64,000 nucleotides of DNA from Glaucostegus cemiculus (GCA_976551045.1 CDPCPM010000073.1:16244001-16308000); one strand, 5' to 3'. Positions 1 to 14,300 are shown, numbered from the stretch's first letter. Translations and numbers: made by a program. The notes: a model not told the origin generated them from the letters alone.

Positions 1-1209
1 TGCCAGGCGAAATTTGAAACCATGCCCCTGAATTACTAATCTAGTAACCTAATCACCACTCCACCAATTACATTTGGAGAGAAACACAGGGATAGGAGGA
101 GTTGCTAAATTTGGGAGAATTGTAAAGCTTGAGGAGGTTGGTTAGGAAGGACTGATAATGGAGAAATTTAAAAATAAGGTTAAGAATTATAAATTCAAGG
201 CATTGTTTAAGTGGGGGCCAGTGCACGTCAGCAAGCAAAGGGGTGTTAGCTGAGTGAGATTAGGTGCAAGTTAGGACACAGACAATAGGGTTGTGAATGA
301 TCTTGTTTATGTCACTAGGCAGCAATGTGTTGGAATAATCAGCTCTAGAGATAACAAAGCCATGAAGTAGAGGATGAGGGTTTCAGCAGACGTGGAAGGA
401 GGCTGTCTAAGTGATGTTTGAAACTCAGTTTAGGGTTATTATCAAATCAAAGTAGCTGTTAACTTGGTTCAGTGTCAGGAAATTGCCATGGATAGGAATG
501 GAGTTAGTCAGATAGGGAAGTAGTTTGTGATGGGAACAAAATTTGGTCTTCCGAACATTTAGCCGGAGGAAATTTCTGCTCACCCATTGCTGGAAAACAG
601 TCCGAAATCTCAGAGTCAGTAGAAGGCCAAAAGAGGCACTGGAAAGACAAAACCAGATATCATTGGCTCACATGTGGAAACTGATGGATATTCCCAGAGG
701 GGAGCATGAAGATAAGAAATAGGATGAGGATAGGATAACACCAGAGGTAAAATTTAAGGTGCACAGAGGGGGACCTTTCAGTGATACCCTGGCTACAAAA
801 TCCAAACTGTTAATGAAGTTGACAGGTATCAATGTTTGCAGTCTACATCCCTGAGGAAACTCGGGACCCATGTGGGCCTACTGATCACAATGCAAACAAG
901 TTTCTGTTCTCTGTAATATATAACCATCTCTGTCACACAAGAAAATCTGTCTTGATGGTCACTTACTGAAGCCTTTCTGGGTATCTGCATCTACTGCAAT
1001 GCCACTAAACATCAAAGAACTTAATCAGATTGATGAAGCCCAAACTGATACGGAAATTACCCAACCTCAAATAAATCCCCCAAATGAATACCAACCTCTC
1101 TTGTTGATCAGAAGTCACACTCCATGCTTTCCAGCCTCTTATATAATTTACATTAACCTAATAGGTTTACTGATTAGGATTAAATTTAGACTCCTTAAAT
1201 ACAATGGAT

Positions 1210-1373
1210 AATGCTGGGAAGTTTTGAGCATGTCAGGCAGCATCAATGGAAGCAGAAACCAAGTGAACATTTCAGCTCATGATCTTAGATCAGAATAGAT
1301 GAAAGGTTTTATAGTCTAGTTTAGAATATTGACCCAAAGTGAAAGTTTTGTTTCTCTGAATTATTTCCAGCAC
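1210..1373. repeat. Degraded palindromic Penelope-pLTR-like element
   Basis: gctgggaag..gtcaggcagcatcaatgga..aacatttcag and ..gtttctctg..tatttccagca resemble the two arms of the 19600 element. Confidence 0.45.
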
Positions 1374-1830
1374 CTTATAGACATATACGTCTCTCCACAA
1401 GTCTATTGGAAATGGTCCAGACCTAAGGGGCTGATTAAAAATATGAGCCAACAGCATTCTTTATCTCTTTCAGTTTTTCAAGTCCTCTTGTAAAACATTC
1501 CTTCCTTTTCCAGACCCACCCAAAAGAATACAGATTACCTGGTTATCCACCTCTTTGTTGCTTGTGGCATTTTAGCGGAGTAGATTAGCCTACACAGTGT
1601 ACTCAGATGAAAAATGTGTTTCATGTGTACACTGATGTGTTTTGATAAAATCTTGTGCAAGTATAAGAAAAATTTTACTTCTGTTTTTGTTGGCACTGTG
1701 TGGGAGTGGGAGGTGGTGCAGAATTTAATTTCTCCATTCTGGAGAAGTGCTTTTGAAGTTTCATTTACTGTGGAATGATCAACACGTTCAAGCCATCATC
1801 ATTAGCATTTCTGATGTCTACCAGTCTTAC

Positions 1831-2361
1831 CCCCTGGGAATTTATTTCAAACAATCTGGATCGTTTCTTCCTTTCTTTTATTTCAGTTGAATCTTCCCTT
1901 TGATCTGTCTTTCTCAATCCTTTCAGTTTGGACCACGACACATATGAAGTTAGGGAAGAGGGACTGCTAAATTCTGGACTGTTTCCAAAGGCAACCCCTC
2001 CTACTTTTGGTGAGAGATTGTCAATTTTGACTACAGATTTTATTTCATTGTTTAATGAGTCTTCCTTTGAATGTACTTGACCCCAATTTTCCTTCTCAGT
2101 TTCCTCAGCAGAGTGCATGGACTGAACCCTCCTCCCCTTTTCTCTTGAGGGTGCTAATGCAGAGTCTGCCACATTTGCTCGTGAGCGACGCTTTGCTGCT
2201 ATAACCGAGATGCTCTTTGTGCCCATGGTAATTTCTTGCAAACTCCCTGAGCCCTGCTGCTTGTTCACAATGAAGAACTCTGATTTGCTGCTTCCTGCTT
2301 CGGATGGTGTGTTGGACTGTTGACTCTTGTTCCAATCCTTTATGCTGATCAGATTCTGTTT
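1831..2361 (-). CDS. KIF19: KIF19-like tail exon (apparently human exons 17+18): [10 protein letters not shown]...[20 protein letters not shown]...[15 protein letters not shown]
   Basis: Long polypyrimidine acceptor ttttttttgtttgtccttatcag, donor gtaaga; 531 nt open, phase 0/0; GTK.I.V.AA.RRSR and RK.RSR.FE motifs of the KIF19 tail. Confidence 0.88.
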
Positions 2362-5300
2362 CTGATAAGGACAAACAAAAAAAAACAGTGCACTAAAAGG
2401 TAAAAATTCACCCAGAAAGTCTGCTCATAATAAACTGAATGAAAAGTTACTTGTTAAATTGTGAAAGTAGAACTAGGAAGTTTGTACCTTTACACACTAT
2501 TATACTTAGCCAAAGAACTTGATTTATCTTATCTTCGCACTTGCTGCCATTAATTAGAATAGCATTCTGTATTGGTGAGAGCTCTGGATTAACAGTGACA
2601 CTGATGACTGTAAATCAAACCCTGATTTATTGAACTGGATTGTGTACTGAAAGATGCATCTTAACCAAAGCTTATTTAATGGAAGCTGAGAGAAAGCATC
2701 CAATCAGAATGATTTGTCTCCAACATGAAATATGATAGTCAATCTGATAAAATGAATGTATTGTACAGTTAAACCTCACACAACTATGCCTTGGCATAGG
2801 TATAAATAATCAAGACAGTGGACCAAGAATGCAGACTATAGTGTTAATATTCTGCATTCTGTTATTGCTTTTCTCTTCTACTATCTCAATGTTCTGATGT
2901 GGTGAAATGATCAGTATGGATGGCATGCAAAACAAAGTTTTTCACTGTAACTTGATACATGTGACAAAAATAGAACATTCAGAATCAGGTTAATTATCAC
3001 TGACACATGTTGTGAAATTTGTTGTTTTGCAGCAGTAGTACAGTGCAAGACAAAGATGTAAAAATTACTATAAGTTATAAAAATAAATAAATAGTGCAAA
3101 AGAGGAATAATGAGGCAGTGTTCATAGGTTCATGGACCATTCAGAAATCTGATGGTGGAGGGGAAGAAGCTGTTCCTGATATGTTGAGTGTGGATCTTCA
3201 GGCTCCTGTACCACTTCCTTGATGGTAATAACGTGAAGAGAACACGTCCCAGGTAGTGAGGGTCCTTAAAGATGGATGCGGCCTTCTTGAGACACTGTCT
3301 CTTGAAGATGTCCTCAATGGTGGCAAGGGTTGTGCCCGTGATGGAGCTGGCTGAGTCTACAACCCTCTGCAGCCTCTTTCTATCCTGCTCATTGGAGCCT
3401 CCATACCAGGCAGTGATGCAACCAGTCAGAATGCTCTCCACCATACATCTGTAGAAACTTGTAAGAGTCTTTGGTGCCATACCAAATCTCCTCAAACTCC
3501 TAATGAAGTAGAGCCACCAGCATGCCTTCTTCATGATTGCATCAATGTTGACGCCCAGGAACTTGAAGCTGCTCACCCTTTCCACCGCTGACCCCTCGAA
3601 GACTGGTGTGTGTTCTCCCGAATTCTCCTTCCTGGTCCACAATCAATTCCTTGATCTTCCTGACATTGAATGCGAGGTTGTTGTTGTGACACCACTCAAC
3701 TAGGCAATCTATCTCACTTCTATATGCATCCTCATCGTCATCTGAGATTCTGCAGACAACAGTGGTGTCATCAGTGGATTTATAGATGGCATTTGAGCTG
3801 TGCCAAGTCACACAGTCATAAGTATAGAGGAAGTAGAGCAGTGGGCCAAGCACGCATCCTTGAGATGATCCTGTGTTGATTGTCAGCAAGGAGGAGATGT
3901 TACTACCGTTCTGCATTGACTGTGGTCTCCCAATAAGGAATTCGAGGGTCTGGTTGCAGAGGGAGGTACGGAGGTCCAGGTTTTGAAGCTTGTTGATTAG
4001 TACGGAGGGGATGATGTGTTGAATGCCAAGCTGTAATTTTTTTTATTCCAATATAAACTTTATTCTTGTAATCTATTAACAGCAGCCTGACGTATGTTTT
4101 TCTGTTGTCTAGGTGCTCCAAAGCCAAGTGGAGAGCCACTGAGATTGCGTCCACTGTTGTGGCAGTAGGCAAATTGCAGTGACTCCAGGTCCTTCCTCAG
4201 GCAGGAGTTAATTCTAGCCATGATCAACCTCTCAAAGTATTTTATCACAGTAGTCGTTGAGGCAACTCACCCTGCTTTTCTTGGGCACCGGTATGATTGA
4301 TGCCCTTTTGAAGTAGGTGGGAACCTCAGACCACAGCAGTGAGAGGTTGAAGATGTCCTTGAACACTCAGGCCAGTTTGTCTGCTTAGATTTTCAGTACA
4401 CTGCCAGGTACACCGTCAGGGCCTGAGCCCTTGCGAGGGTTCACCCTCTTGAAGGATGTTCTGACGTCAGCCTCCAAGACAGAGATCACAGGGTTGCCAG
4501 ATGCTGTGGGGATTTGCACAGGTGCAGTGTTATTCTCCCTTTCAAAGCGTGCATAGAGGGTGTTGAGCTCATCAGGGAGTGAGACATCACTGCCATTTAT
4601 GTCATATATTTATCACATATTTATTTAGCCAATAAGAAGTTGCACGTTCTATTTTCCCTACTAACTGGTAAAGATGGTTGCAAGTTTATTTTCTGTGGTT
4701 GCCTTGTGACTGTCAGGGGAAAGAATGATTCTCTCCTACTATTAATTCACTCCTGTACCGCAGAGGATGATTGTTTCAAAACCAAGCAGGCCTTAGGCTG
4801 AACCTCTGGGCTGACTGGCATTCTGACAGGAGACCTCCCAAAGTTGGAAGTTTTTTTGCCAAGGATCAGCCAGGGACAAATTAATTAAAGAACATTTGAT
4901 TATGATACATGGTACCCCTTGTGCAGTTGGGCTTCTGTTCATTTACAATCCTGGTTGACTTTCCTGATTCGCAGTTATTTACATAATTTTGGTCTACTTT
5001 CCAGCCTCTGCCATAAATTCTAACTAGAATGGAGGCATAATACTAGAGAAACAAAGCTTTGAGGTCTATCAATGAGTAGGGTTGACAACATCTTCTGAAC
5101 TGCTGGTTAAGTTATGTTGGAAAGTTTAAAACCACCTACCAATGCTAACAAAGGCAATGGTGCTGTGCTATATTACATCAGCTAGTTCCAGTTAACATAT
5201 GCCCGCTCCCCAGGGCCCATCCTTTCACCAGCCCCCCACCCCCAATCCCATGCTTCATCCATCCTGCCCGTCCAAGGTCTTGTGCATCCTTCCCTGCCCC

Positions 5301-8300
5301 AGGCCCATTATTTCCCCCTCCTCCCCCTATCTTTCTTCATTCTGCCCTTGATCCCTGCCCATGATCCTGTCCTTCCTCCACAACTTCCATTCCCCTCTTC
5401 CTCTCCCCATGTTCCTTCAGCACCTTCACAGCCTGATTCGCTCCCACGCTCCTGCCCTGTGTTCCTTCTGCATTTGCAGATTTCGGTGCCAAAGCCCTCT
5501 GCACTCCTCCAGCTCCCTCTCCCCAGTGGAGAAAGTGTGGCTGGCAACAGTGCAATGTAAATTGCAATGTGCAAGACTGGAAGGAAATGCTGAAGTTGTA
5601 AAACGAAACAAAACTGTTTTTTAAAATCATCCTCAGATAAAAGAAAGTAACTGCCAGTCAACTTGATATTGTAATTCATGTTAAAGTGCCACTTAATATC
5701 ATTTTACAAGTTTCACTCAATAGACAGAGTTCACTGGAAAATAATTGCAGGTTATTTCTTGCCGAAACTGAACTCACAATATCTCAATTGTCGCTCAGCT
5801 TGTGAGAACATGACCTTGCGCTAATAACACAGAGGAAACATGGGCAACAGATCTCCCAGCAAACGTGATCTACAAAACATTCTTATAAAGGAGGAAAACA
5901 ACATATACTTTCTGAGTGGCCATATTTCAATGCAAACATTGAACATGAATGAATTATGGGCTAGAAATTCATTCATACGACTTCAAAAGATGGAAATGTG
6001 TTTTGAAAATTGGCTTTAACTGAAGCACAGCAATTTTCTGTGCATTTCTGAATGTCTTAGAACCTGTTGGGAGGTTTGTCACCTTATTTCTCATCAGGAC
6101 TTTTTCTCTCCCTCACATATTTCTTCCACTACATGAAATGCAAAATTCATCCAGTGAGATTTTCAATTCTAGTCTAACCATGACAGTTTTATTTACTGAC
6201 AGAGCAACCAAGTTTTACTAATGTATTCCCCCTGAAACTGAGCTATTTAAAAGTCCAACACTTAAATTGCTTTCTTTGCCCTCACTGAGATCTGTGACCT
6301 CCTGAGACCTCAAACATAGCCGTACATGTGCCTTGTCCATCTACAGCAGTTGAAGGAATGGGGATTCTCTCCCTCCTCTGGAGCTCCTTGAATGCTGCAC
6401 CCAAGAACCTTGTCAACCTTTTCACTCTGTCTCTGCATAACCCTGAGACAAGTAGCAGTTTGTCATCCAGAATACTCCTCCTTACAAATGGCAGCAAGGA
6501 CAATGCACCGAGATTTCTGAGTAAGAACTGTGTCCAGTCAACACCTACAGAAAACTTTAGGTTTAACATTTCTAGACAAATTGGAATTATGCTAATCAAC
6601 AATTACAAGAGGAGTCTGGTTGTGGCAGTGGTATCCCTCAGAAGCCTTAATATCACTTGTTTAACTTCCAATCATATCATCTATAAGGAACTCATTGAGA
6701 AGCAGATCTTCACAGGGCTTTGACTTCTGCATGAATTACAGTGGAACAGTCTGATGAGGTTCTGGGAATAACCCACAACCAAATCTTCATATGAGCAACA
6801 ACTCTGCCTCAGTCACAATCTCCTAAACCCCACCAATATTACTCCCTTTCAACAGTCAACTCAGCCTGATCCCCACTGCTACCAGACTCTAACCCCAGCT
6901 GACTTCACCCACCCATGACAACAGGTCCAATCCCAGTTACCAAAATCCTACCCAAAATACTGTCCATTCCTCCACCACCATCCCCACCTATTCCCCCTCC
7001 TGACTACTGATCTGTAGCCACCTATCAACACCACTGCAGACTATAGATCTCCTCTCAAGTAGCCCTCCCACCACTCCATCTGCCCCTTCCACCCAGCTGG
7101 GTGACCTTCCCCTCCCAACCCTCATCCTGACCTCTCTATTTATGATCATTGCTGATTACCCTTTATTTTTATGTTGAAAGGATTAATTGCCTCATACCAA
7201 CCTGCAGTAACAGAGGTCCAGTCAGGCGGATGGGAGGTGGTGTTAGATTCGGCAGCTGCTTCATGTAGCGTGACTGTGTAGTGGCTTTGAACACCTTATT
7301 CACATCACTGTGAAAAACATGCCAATGTTTTATTTCTCATCAACAACAGCATTAAGTCAACAACTTCAACACCACAAAATATCATAAGTATCATAGGAGT
7401 GTTATCAAACAAAAAATTAATGTCGAACTTTACACAGAGCTACTAGGGCAATTGGTCACATGTGTGATCAAAGAAGTAGGTTTCAAGGAGTAGCTCAAAA
7501 GTGAAAAGAGAATTAGAAAGCTTTAGCAAGTGAATTCCCAAGTTTAAGCCTTTGATAATTTGATGACCTTAAGGCACTAGGACGCCGTGAATAATCTGTG
7601 TTGTAATCCTATTGTTATCAAAGCTCTCTCATGGATGAGAGGGAAAATAAGATGGTTGTCCTCCATGGTGAGAACATGGTTGCTGGTCTTATAATCATCA
7701 TTGTGCTTTATGTCATTTCTGCTTGGATCCATGGAAGAACGATGTTATAGTGATTGGTCACAAAGACAAACCGGGATTTTTTTTTAAAGGGATTGTTTCT
7801 CATCTGTGTGAAATATTGAGCTCTCTTTCTAGGTCTGTACATCAGCATAGTTTAGTGAGCCCAAAATGAATCTCATTGATTTAAACTTTTGTGTTTACAT
7901 CAGTTGTGCTGTGGTGGAGCCAAGTCAAGATGTCCACAATTGGTATGTAGATTTTTCTAATAGTTCAATTAAACCTTGGATTAATTATATAGAAGGGATT
8001 GAATTCTTTTCATGCAAAAGGATAAAAGTCATCCAAGCAGGAGCTAAGACCATGCAAGAAATGAGGCATTTGAAGAATTGATTAAACCAGATGAACAGCA
8101 TAAGTGACCCACTTCTATGGTTCAAAGATATAAGTTTTACAGATGGAATCAAGATCCAGACAATTTCAGACTCGTGACAGATTGCTAAACACTTTACGGT
8201 GAAAATTTGGAAGAGATGTTGCAAGATTACATTGCCTGTGAAAATCAAGATGTTTGCAAACAAAAGGAGGCTGCTAGCGCAAAGAAATTGAATTTTAAAC

Positions 8301-11300
8301 AGGCATTTGATTTTGCCCAGGCAATAAAAACACTGATCAGGCAAGAAGAGGATCAGGCATCACCCAACAAAGGCTCAGATTGTTAACAAGTTGGAGCCTG
8401 CTTCAACTGCAAAAATTAAAGAACCATCTGAGGGGGAATTGGTATTGTGGTAATTGCAGTATTAGGCTAATGAATTCAGATACAGAGTCTGTTTGCCATA
8501 ATTCTGGTATCCAGGGGCATTTGTCAAAATTGATTGAAAGTAAAGCAAGAACATGACAAACTCAAGTAACTGAGTATCCCAAGTCTATTGGGAAGAATGG
8601 TAATAGGTATCAGATGTGTGAACTGGGTGAAGAAGATGGGGATCTAGATGGATCATAGAGACGACTCATGTTACCTCAAAAGATTACTGAATCTTTCTTT
8701 TTAATCACTACACATGGAAGAGAGTATTAACGGAAACTGGTGCAGTTGCTGCAGTACTTGTGATGTGTGAGGAGGAATTTAATCACCATTAGACAGATGG
8801 TACAAATGAAGCTCAAGGAATCATCTGCCTTTCCTTGAATTCACTCGAGGAAAAGATGCAAAGTGATAACAATGTGTGAAGTTAGAATGAGAACTGGTGG
8901 AAGCGAAGGAAAGCTTCTTCTGATTAATATTTCAGGGCAGGGATCCAAATTGATCAATTGAAACTGACTACCAAAGATGAGGCTAGATTTAGGAGGGATC
9001 AAGAGCATGAAGAAACTGTCTGCATAATCTGTACCTAAGTATTCCAAAGTGTTTGTGATGTAATTGGCAGCATTCAGTTTGTAGGAGGATGCTACACCTG
9101 GGTTCTTGAAACAACTTGGACCTGGAACTTAGTCTGAAGTAAAAGGTCTGCTGAAGAGTTGAAGAGACTACGGGAAAGAATCATTGAACTATTAGGATTT
9201 CTCCAGTCATTCCTCCAATAAAGATTGATGGGATTATTACAATCTGTGGAGATTATAGGATAATGATCAACAGAGCATAATGTGTGATTGGAACAGGTGT
9301 GAGTTAGGAGTGTGCAGCAAAGTTTTGCAATGACCTCAAGTTGACAGCATGCAGAACAGGAAGGCTGCCCTGGATTACACTGGAAATATGAAGACCAGAG
9401 CTGGTCAGGGCAGAGAGAAGGGTTTCACCAGCAGATTCCTGTCAGCATGCTTCAAAAATTGGAAATACTGGTCTTTTACACATAATTTACCTTATCCATA
9501 CAGTTCTTTGGCTCTGGCCCTAGCATTACTCATGAGCTAGTATGTCAGCTCCAGAGGCTGCTTGACCTACTCCGGCTTCTACTTTTACACTCCTATGATA
9601 GAAACGAATGGAATATTTTGTGATTGCTGAGGAATCTTTCCTGTATGTACAACAGGGTAGAACATGCAGCAAAAGGCAAAAATACAGCTTCAAGCATGGC
9701 CTTAAACTTAAGACTTACAATTGATTTTGACAATATTGTGCTAAGTTCCACAATAGCATTTCCAGCCCTAGTTGTGCACATGATTGGAAAGTTCACTGTG
9801 AAACCTCTCACTGTGATTTAGTCATCCCCACATAGCTATCATTGGCTGATACACTGCCCTCCCATGCCTTGTTACCTGATTGAATTAACTTTGATGTCAG
9901 TCAGGCTTCTCCTCCAATTGCCAATATCTTTACAATTAATTTTCAAACATTCATTTAGTATGATAAAAATACACCATATTTCTATATGAAGACCTTTTTG
10001 GAGATTGGTCTTCAATTTGCGAGTCTTAGGGAATATTCTGGAGTGCTGGCAAGCCTAGCCAATCGCTAACTGCACAGGAATCTGAGACCCATCACACTCA
10101 CTCAGTGTGATGGATTTGACCTAGATGTTGCAAGATGCCCTGTTGTTTCTCCTCTTATCAGCAATATTCAGCAGCCAGACCCCACAGCAACCCTGACTGA
10201 TAAAAACATTAGTGGCCTCAGTCACATACTAATGTTGCAATTGTTTGCTTAACAAAATGAACATAGAAGATAATCCTGTAACGTAACTGCAGCAAGAGCT
10301 TGAACAGCGTTTTTTCCTGGAACACAGGAGCAATTGATTTTATTCCTTTGAGCTCACTTACTGGGAAATATGCCACAAGATAAATTATGCAGAAGGTGAA
10401 CATGTGCAATCTGGGCTGTAACATCTGCAGTACGGGCGAAAGAAAAATCACTTAACAGGGGACGACTGCTTAAATTATTTAGTAAGAGTAAACAGAAAGG
10501 TGTAGATAGAATATAGCTTGTGATTTTTAAATCTGGTTTGCTTAGCAATCTTTTCTTCAACATATTTGACATCACTTTTACAGAAAATGCACAAAGCTTT
10601 GATGAAGGAAACTGGATAAAGCATCAACTGCCTGGATCAATTATCCATCAAAGTTTGCAATCAAGTTTCCAGTGAACTAAGTGCATCAGCAAAACTATTT
10701 CTCACATCTCCATTATATGTTGCCTCAGTGTCTGCTTTTTCTGAACTGAGTCTGTGCCAATTATCATGGGGCACATCCTGCAAATGTTACCTCTCATGTT
10801 CAGGAAGTATTGGAGGCAGCGAGTCCTTAACCCGGGCGTGAAGCAGTTGTCTGTTTTCATGAACTGTCCTTGGCCTTGCATCATCTTTCCTTCCTTCCAA
10901 GGACAACACATAGTCTTCCAGGTTCAGCTGACGAGCGACATTCAGAATTGTGCGATCCTAGAAGAAACACATTAAGGAAGTGCAGAACATTACTGGGAAA
11001 TGCACAGCTGCAGATTTGTAAACGTCAATGTCATTTGATTCAGGTACAATACAAGAAGTTGGGTGTTATTTTCATCGTTTCATAAGGCTGATGTGCAACC
11101 AACAACTACACATCTTTTTTAAGGTCACTTAATCCATCTAAAGTTCTTGACGAGAGGAAGTTAATTGTTGAAGGTCACTGTTCAATTTTTTATATAGAGG
11201 ACAGAGTGTTGTTATGTGGCTCACAGTTTGGTCAGAATCGTCACAGTAACATTTCTACCTAATATATCACTTGTGCATGACGTAACTACAGCAGCTGTGT

Positions 11301-14300
11301 CCAGTGTGAATTGGATTTAGCACCTTCTATATTTTGTGCACCAAGTTAAAACCAGGAGGCTTTGCTTTTGGATGTTACTCTGTCCAGTGGAGTGAAAGTG
11401 GCTGTCAGATCAGCAGCTGCAATTGACAGTCACGGTGGGGGGTTTGAAATGTGTTGGTTGGGGAGTCAGGTCAGATCCTGCAGCAGACTGACAGGTCAAG
11501 CGAGAGATGCAGGCTTGGGGATTGGTGGCGAGGGTGATTGTGGGTGCTGGACTTGGGAGAGTTGGGTGGGTGAGTTACCGAAAGGGAACTAACCCAAGTT
11601 GTTTTCAAAGCAGAGGCCTGGTACCTGCTGAGGGAGGGTGGTATTTAAGTCATGCAGAAATTCTGATTTTGGCTGGCCTGTGGACAGTGTGGGCTATTCA
11701 TATGTAACTGAAAGACAGAGAAGTGCAGTCTAGGTCTGTGTTACATATCATGAACACTATTACATTACCCAGAGAACTCTTAGAGTCACCCTAACTCAAA
11801 AATCACAGACTTCTTAAAATATATCCTAAGTTCCCACTTTTCAATAACATTTTATTCTTCATAGAAATTGGATCAGGAAGCACACAAAACTACAGTGACT
11901 CCATTTCTAAGCATCAATCTTTCAGACAACATCAGAAGTGATTAAACTTGGTCTTGGTGTGTTTAGTGGCTTTATCCCACAGTAAGGATAAAAATGCACA
12001 GAGCAACAACACTATGCCAGAAATAAAAACAAACAGCCCCGGAAATACTCAGCAGGTGAGGCTGCATGTGTGGGAAAAGAAACAAGGTCAACCTTTCAGG
12101 TTGAAGACCCTTCGTCAGAAGTGCAGAAGAAGAGAAAAAAAGAAGGTGGGGTGGGAGGGGTGTCTCTGATAGGGTTAAACCAGGGTGATCATGGGAATGA
12201 ACTGTAAACAAGATTATCTGGTCAATGAATGAATTTCTGTTTTAATTTTAGATTTCTAGCATCTGTTTCTTTTTAATTTTTCATTTACCAGAAATCTTCA
12301 GCTCAACTGGTACAGCAAAGACGAGATATTTTTATTATATGACACTAATAGCATAAAAAAGACCAAAGTGGCTTCACAACAAATGCAGTCTACCAAAACT
12401 TAAAGTCAAGCTTAATGGATGCCATAATGGGTGACTAAAATTTAGTCCAAAAAAGTGGACAGAGAGCCACTGGAAGGGAATTCCCAGAACTTAAGGCCCC
12501 GACAGCTGAAGCCATGTTGCCAATAACGGGAGTGAAGGGTTTGGGAGTGCATAAGAGATCAAATGTGCAAAATTGCAGAGCTCTAGGGTTGTTCATAGGA
12601 CTGGAGAATGTTCCGGTGAAGGAGAGCCACAAAGATATTCAAACACATTGATGACATTTACCGATTTTGAGGCAGCAAGATATGGGAGACAATGCATCAT
12701 GGCAGATGGGTGCATAGAACTTGGCATTGGGTTGGAACAAATCTATGAGTTTTAGGTGAGGGAAAGATTATATTGTGTGATGATGGGAGCACATGCAGAA
12801 AGCCTAGGAAATGTTGGATTTGATGAGGCAGCAATGTTTAGGCTTAGGCAGTTTGAAGACAAGAATCGCTATGGATTTAGAAGTTGACTTTGTGACCGAG
12901 AGGTTATGGGGTTGAAAATTTCTCCTTGTGTAATCACACCACAGAAGGATTACACCACACTAATGAATCACGTTATTTGACTAAGACAGAAAAGAGACCA
13001 GTATCTTTTCCCTGAGGAATCCTGCATGAGTTTGCTGCACAACAACATTTTTACTTTGTGTGCTTAATAAAGAGCCTGGAATTATAAAATAACTAAAAGA
13101 ATGACAATTGATAAATATAAAATGAGCATTTTAGAGCCAGATAGGTTGTTAAGCAGTAGTAATAATTTAGGTAGGTTGTTACAATCTCAGAAATACCACA
13201 TTACTTGAGATGGGATATTTTCAATGCCTTTTATAGCAGGAATAGTTTGTAAATAGATGTTCTCATCAGATCACTGATAATACTACAATAAAACTGCAAT
13301 ATCTCCACCTATGGAGGAGCAGGGAAACACTGGCAGCTGTCTCTGGATTTCTTGATTTAGCCTGTACATTGCTACAGAAGTTGCCATTAGATTTGCTCCA
13401 TTGTATCATGACTACTCAGAGCCCCAGTGTTATTGTCAGTGCAAGTTATGTTCTATTGTTTTTTTAATGACCAACATTAAAATTAGATCATTTCTAAATT
13501 TCTTCTGGACAAATGGAGACAAAATGCAATGATGTTAATCTTCCAGTCACATTTATCCTCCATGGTGCTGCTTTTAGGGACCAGAATTACCCCATGAATT
13601 CCACACCATGGAGAACAACAGGTCTTTGCAGCAGCTTTCTTGGCGGTTGTGTTTCCTTTTGGGTGCTGAGAGAGCAAGAAATGAGCAAGTCTGCTCTACT
13701 CTGAATCAAATGCATATATAAAACTGCACTGATTATTATTTTCAGCATTATATAAACAAATTCTTCAGCCGCTATATTAATGTTATTGTTGTGATTATTG
13801 TAAATCTGTCCCATGAAGCTGTGGTTGCCATACCAGTTATATAATCATGCTATCGGTACAATTGATAATTTATTACTTGGAAATCCTATTAGTTTCAATC
13901 ACAGTGGGGTAAATGGTCAAGTACAGAATGATACAAATAAATCCGTCAGCTCTGTTACCCTCAGCGTGTTGGAGGTGATGGTATGAAGGGTGATCAGATT
14001 ATCTAGCATCCCCTCCTCTGTCTCTTGCCTATAGGTGGTGTAGAGATTCTGTAGTTGCTGTGGAACTTCAATGTTGTGATCTAGGGGGGAAAAGAAGAAG
14101 CATCAGTAGCTGTGTATAGCTGTCAAGCCACAAGTAAGCTCTTAGAATCTGAACTTCGCTGAAAACCTGATTCAGATTTATTCCACTGTAAGGATCCCAG
14201 GGCATCACTTCTGTGAGGCAGTTGTAATATTATGAACTGGTAAAACTCCTTCAAGAAAACAAAAGGTAGTTGTCTAAGTAAATGAAGCTGTTGCCATGGT

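Noticed and set aside
5282-5679. Overlapping Pro-rich and Gly-rich ORFs
   Set aside because: Products of a C-rich low-complexity tract; no fitting splice sites or recognisable homology.
6282-6723. Opposing 106-aa and 131-aa ORFs as extra exons or a nested gene
   Set aside because: No recognisable homology, and the flanking KIF19 exons already join in phase without them.
9470-9800. Weak Harbinger-like peptides
   Set aside because: Only one vague motif; not enough to call.
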